Shown: piece by piece, positions 60,207 to 64,000 of the stretch
Position numbering within the stretch: position 1 is the first letter of the stretch
Layout: each line of letters opens with the position of its first letter
NCBI GenBank assembly: GCA_044376115.1
Contig: JBILLK010000004.1
Coordinates: 192,001 to 256,000, forward strand
From: Polyangiaceae bacterium
GTDB lineage: Bacteria; Myxococcota_A; Polyangia; Polyangiales; Polyangiaceae
DNA length: 64,000 bases
Reading direction: 5' to 3'
Position numbers and translations under genes: made by a program
Notes under the pieces: generated by a model
What the model saw: only the letters and a program-made list of their open reading frames with translations
Database searches by the model: none
Told to the model about the DNA's origin: nothing

Positions 60207-61577
60207 ATGGAACGCCGAGATTTTCTCAAGCTTGCTAGCATGACCGGCCTCACCGTTGCGGTGGGGTCCGCAATGGACGCTCAAAACGCACAGGCGGAGG
60301 CAGCTCCCGCCCACACCTTCTTCCTCAACTTCCACATGGGTGGTGGTTGCGACACAACCAACTTCGTCGATCCGAAGGGCGCCGCCAACGAGACCGATGC
60401 GGCATCGCCGCCGGGCTCTCCGGTGATGAACCGCTACCTCACGTCGGAGATTGCGCAGCACACCGACTCATCGAGCGGGGTCAGCTGGGCGCCGCTCTAC
60501 CTGAGCCGGGAGATCGCGGGCAACCAGGCCGCGATCGACAACGCGATGAACTTCGAGAACTTCATGCGTGCATACGCGAAGGACTTGTTGGTTATCCGCG
60601 GCATCGACATCCAAACCAATGCTCATGACGTCGGTTCAAGGTCCTCTGTAACCGGGACGAGCCAAGAGCGCTCAGCAGCCTTCGGAGCGATTGTTTCGGC
60701 CGGTCTCTTGCCGAATGCCCCGATGTCCTTCATCTCCTTTGGCGGTTACTCGGAGACGGCAGGTCTCACGGCGGTTACTCGGCTTGGCAACCTCGACGCT
60801 ATCAAGAGGCTCGCTTATCCCTACCGTCGCAACCCGAACAATGCAGATGAACTCTACTTCGCCGACGAACAAGCGGCGATGATCGCTGAGGCGCGTGAAG
60901 CACGCTTCAACGAGAAGTACGCCCAGCAGAAGCTGCCGAAACTGAAGAACTCGCTCAACACGCTCTACCTTTCCCGGTTGGGCCAGAACGAGCTCAAGCA
61001 GCTGGTCTCCTACCTGCCGGAGGACGTCCTCCCGGGTGTTGCCGGCCAGGTGCAACTCGCAGCAGCGGCATACAAGGCTGGCCTCGCTGTCGCCTGCAAT
61101 CTCGGCGCACCGGGCGGCTACGATCACCACGACAATGTGGACGTCAACCTTGCAAACTCGCTTGGCAACGCGTTCGACCCCGACCAGGGTATTCCCCGCG
61201 CGATCAAGGTTCTTGAGGACCTTGACCTGTACGGCAAGAAGGCCTGCATCAGCATCACCACCGACTTTGGCCGCACGCCCGGATACAACATGGGCAACGG
61301 CAAGGATCACTGGGGCATCACGAGCATGGTGCTACTCGGCAACATCAACGGAAAGAAGATCAAGCCGGGCATCAAGGGCGGAACGACGGAGCGCCACGAA
61401 GCACGCGGTGTCGACGTCGTCACCGGAGTGGTCAACGATGGCACGCTCAATATCCACACGGGTCACATCCAGAACGCCCTGCGCAAGCTGGCGGGCGTTG
61501 CTGACTCGCCGGGTGCACGGGCGAATCCGGTTCCGGAACCCACCAGCGAACTCCCCGACTTGATCGAGTTGGTCTGA
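60207..61577 (+). CDS. Tat-exported DUF1501-like protein
   Basis: MERRDFLK twin-arginine signal; GGCD, YDHH, DFGRTP..N..NGKDHW. Confidence 0.85.
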   Translation: MERRDFLKLASMTGLTVAVGSAMDAQNAQAEAAPAHTFFLNFHMGGGCDTTNFVDPKGAANETDAASPPGSPVMNRYLTSEIAQHTDSSSGVSWAPLYLSREIAGNQAAIDNAMNFENFMRAYAKDLLVIRGIDIQTNAHDVGSRSSVTGTSQERSAAFGAIVSAGLLPNAPMSFISFGGYSETAGLTAVTRLGNLDAIKRLAYPYRRNPNNADELYFADEQAAMIAEAREARFNEKYAQQKLPKLKNSLNTLYLSRLGQNELKQLVSYLPEDVLPGVAGQVQLAAAAYKAGLAVACNLGAPGGYDHHDNVDVNLANSLGNAFDPDQGIPRAIKVLEDLDLYGKKACISITTDFGRTPGYNMGNGKDHWGITSMVLLGNINGKKIKPGIKGGTTERHEARGVDVVTGVVNDGTLNIHTGHIQNALRKLAGVADSPGARANPVPEPTSELPDLIELV

Positions 61578-61611
61578 GTTACGGCTCTCGCTAAGTAGAA
61601 AGCAACCGAGT

Positions 61612-61651
61612 GAAGCGAGGATACCTTCGGGTGTTCTCGCTTCGTTCGTTT
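61612..61651 (+). terminator. Intrinsic terminator with cUUCGg tetraloop
   Basis: GAAGCGAGGATACC-TTCG-GGTGTTCTCGCTTC followed by GTTCGTTT. Confidence 0.8.
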
Positions 61652-61660
61652 GTGGCGGCG

Positions 61661-64000
61661 TTACTCAACGACAAACTCGATTGACTCGCCTGCCACACGT
61701 CCAGACTGGGTTGGCTGCAGCTGATGCACGCCTGGCGTAAGACTAATCAAGGCGGTCCCAACCCGGTCGGCCCGCAGCGGCTGCCCATCGAGCTGAAACC
61801 CCGGGTCGGCCGCTGCGCCAAACGCTGCGCGCACGCGGATTTGAGCTGCGCGGCCCTGCTCCAAGTAGAAGCGAGCGCCGTCTTCCGGATAAAGGATCGT
61901 AATCGATCGCGAGCTTGCACGGGGCAGACCTGGTGGGGGGCATCGAGGCGAAGGGCCAGGTACGACAGGCCGCTTCGCGGCTTCCGCCCACGCGTGGAAG
62001 AGCGGTGGGTAGCGCTCGAAGGTACGTGGATCAGCGTCTTTGCAATCCGGGCCAGCCAGGAGGGAGTTCGTCGGATCGACCGGGAGCTGCACGTGAACGG
62101 TGCACGTCTCCTCGGTACTTCCCTTCACGATCCACTCCTGTTTGTGACTTGGGCAATGTGGCCCAACCGGCGCACCGGAAAGAGCGCAGACCTCACGAAG
62201 CTCATGGTCGAGCGGGCGCTTGAATTCGCCTGCTGACGGGAAGCGGCGCTCGGCCGCCAACATCGCCTCGCGAAAGATCGGACCTGCGCCGGTGATTCCG
62301 CTGATCCCCTTCATTGGAGAGCCATCAAAGTTGCCGACCCACACAGCGACGGTTACCCGAGTCGTGAAGCCCACCGCGATGTTGTCGCGGTACCCCTTCG
62401 ACGTCCCCGTTTTTGCGGCGACCGTCATCGGTAGATCGAACACGGTGCGTTCGCCGAACGAGCTGCGCCGCGCCCGGCCATCGGCCAACATGTCGGTAAG
62501 GATGGCCACGGTCTCGGCCTTGAATGCTGGTGGATTGGGGGAAGCGAGAGGCTGCGTGTTGCGCTCTCCCTCCCCAGTCTCAAACGCCGTTACGAAGCGT
62601 GGCGGAAGGCGTTCACCGCCGCGCGCCAACGCTGAATAGGCAACGGCCAGCTCAAGCAAGCTAACTTCCCCATCGCCCAGCGCGATGCCCACACCGTAGT
62701 GCTCGGCCGGCCGCGTGAGCGAGCAAAAGCCAAGGCTCAGCAGCCGGGACTGGATCGCCCGCGGGGTGACGCGTTCGGCTACCCAGACCGCAGGGACGTT
62801 GAACGAGTTCCCGAGCGCCTCGCGCATCGTCACCGGCCCGTGAAAGATACGGTCGTAGTTCTGCGGTCGAAAGAAGTCGCCTTCGCCCGCTGCGAACGAA
62901 AGCTCCACATCAGGGAGCAACGAATTTGCGGCAAGACCGGACTCGAGCCCCACTCCATAGACAAATGGTTTCAATGAGCTTCCGGGTTGGCGCTGGGCGC
63001 GGACGCCATCATTCGCGCCGAGTGACTTCTCGTCCGATGCGTCGGGTGACCCAACGTACGCCAGCACCTCGCCATTCGTGTTGTCGAGGACCACGACGCT
63101 CGCGGCCGAGATCGACTTGTCTCTGACCGAAGCCACGATTCTCCGCGTAGAGGCCTCAATCTCTGACTGAAGGTCGCCATCGAGGGTCGTATGGACCACC
63201 GCCGTCTCGGCGGGAAAACTCTCACGGCCCTGCAGGGCGGTTGCACAAGGGTCGGGCCCTGCGAGCAGCGCGTTCACGAAATGTGGCGCCGATCCAAGCT
63301 GCGCGGGTGACGCAATCCGGATGGGCTCAAGTTTGGCCGACGCTGCATCGGACTCGCTGAGGCTGCCGTTGGCTGCCATGCGGTCAAGCACCCGATTGCG
63401 GCGTTTGAGCAGCTTCTCCGTGCCTTTGCGAGGGTCATACAGCGACGGCCCGCGAGGAAGACTCGCAAGCGCTGCAGCCTCAGCCCAAGACAGCTGGCGA
63501 GCCCGCTTGCCGAAGTAGTGAAGGGCGCCGGCCTCAGCACCTTCGATGTTGGGCCCAAACTCGACACGATTGAGGTAGGCCTCCAGGATTTGCTCCTTGG
63601 TGAGCTCCTGCTCGATGCGGAGAGCGAGCGCGATGACGTCGAACTTGCTGCTGAAGGTTCGTGGCGCCCTCGTCACTGTTCGCGCGAGCTGTTGAGAGAG
63701 CGTAGAGGCGCCACTGACGACTCGTCGCGCAGCGAGCGAACCGAAAAAGGCTCGGCCGGTCGCGAGCACATCGACGCCGTGGTGCTCGTAGAAGCGGCGG
63801 TCTTCGGCGGCGATCAGCGCGGTGGGGAGCTTGTCGCCGAAGTCAGCGAGCGGCAGCTGAATGTGTCGCTTTCCGTCGCCGGTACGCAGGTGAGCCAAAG
63901 GCTCTCCGTTTCGCGACAACACCCGCAGGCTGTTCGACGCAGGCTCATCGGAGCCTGCGTCTTGCGCGAGTTCGCTCGGGAGAGACAGCATGCACGCACG
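61661..64000 (-). CDS. pbpC: Penicillin-binding protein 1C, 5' end probably outside the window
   Basis: EDRRFYEHHG, GASTLSQQL, SSLK, SFN, KTG motifs; PBP1C-type C-terminus ILYPEDGA; frame open to the window edge. Confidence 0.9.
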   Translation of the reverse strand, partial: RACMLSLPSELAQDAGSDEPASNSLRVLSRNGEPLAHLRTGDGKRHIQLPLADFGDKLPTALIAAEDRRFYEHHGVDVLATGRAFFGSLAARRVVSGASTLSQQLARTVTRAPRTFSSKFDVIALALRIEQELTKEQILEAYLNRVEFGPNIEGAEAGALHYFGKRARQLSWAEAAALASLPRGPSLYDPRKGTEKLLKRRNRVLDRMAANGSLSESDAASAKLEPIRIASPAQLGSAPHFVNALLAGPDPCATALQGRESFPAETAVVHTTLDGDLQSEIEASTRRIVASVRDKSISAASVVVLDNTNGEVLAYVGSPDASDEKSLGANDGVRAQRQPGSSLKPFVYGVGLESGLAANSLLPDVELSFAAGEGDFFRPQNYDRIFHGPVTMREALGNSFNVPAVWVAERVTPRAIQSRLLSLGFCSLTRPAEHYGVGIALGDGEVSLLELAVAYSALARGGERLPPRFVTAFETGEGERNTQPLASPNPPAFKAETVAILTDMLADGRARRSSFGERTVFDLPMTVAAKTGTSKGYRDNIAVGFTTRVTVAVWVGNFDGSPMKGISGITGAGPIFREAMLAAERRFPSAGEFKRPLDHELREVCALSGAPVGPHCPSHKQEWIVKGSTEETCTVHVQLPVDPTNSLLAGPDCKDADPRTFERYPPLFHAWAEAAKRPVVPGPSPRCPPPGLPRASSRSITILYPEDGARFYLEQGRAAQIRVRAAFGAAADPGFQLDGQPLRADRVGTALISLTPGVHQLQPTQSGRVAGESIEFVVE

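Overview
GC-rich, gene-dense chromosomal segment. The gene content (FHA-sigma54 activators, Ser/Thr kinase-TPR/PEGA modules, Gly-rich lipoproteins, an AglRQS-like motor) points to a myxobacterium, probably Polyangiaceae-like; this assignment is inference. Housekeeping core: purH, tig-clpP-clpX-lon, parA-parB, glnD, glgA, an RluA-family pseudouridine synthase, an M18 peptidase, pbpC (partial), tRNA-Glu(TTC) and tRNA-Gly(GCC). A kynureninase-like gene at 1-1100 (minus) and a 34-aa membrane microprotein at 26867-26971 are missing from the ORF track. Most notable: (1) two head-to-head TolQ/TolR-type proton-motor operons, one aglRQS-like with an extra unknown membrane gene, a duplicated aglQ and twin hairpins after the TolQ-like gene; (2) an orphan ParA fused to two Cys4 TRASH-like zinc fingers, followed by an RHH protein, a roadblock-like protein and a small HhH protein; (3) a chemosensory cluster with a soluble Aer2-like heme-PAS receptor and no canonical CheY; (4) a sigma54 promoter, divergent from an FHA-activator, in front of a di-heme lipoprotein plus a Tat-exported DUF1501-like gene. 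I saw no CRISPR array, transposase, integrase or rRNA. Family and gene names come from motif recognition and recalled homologs, not database searches.
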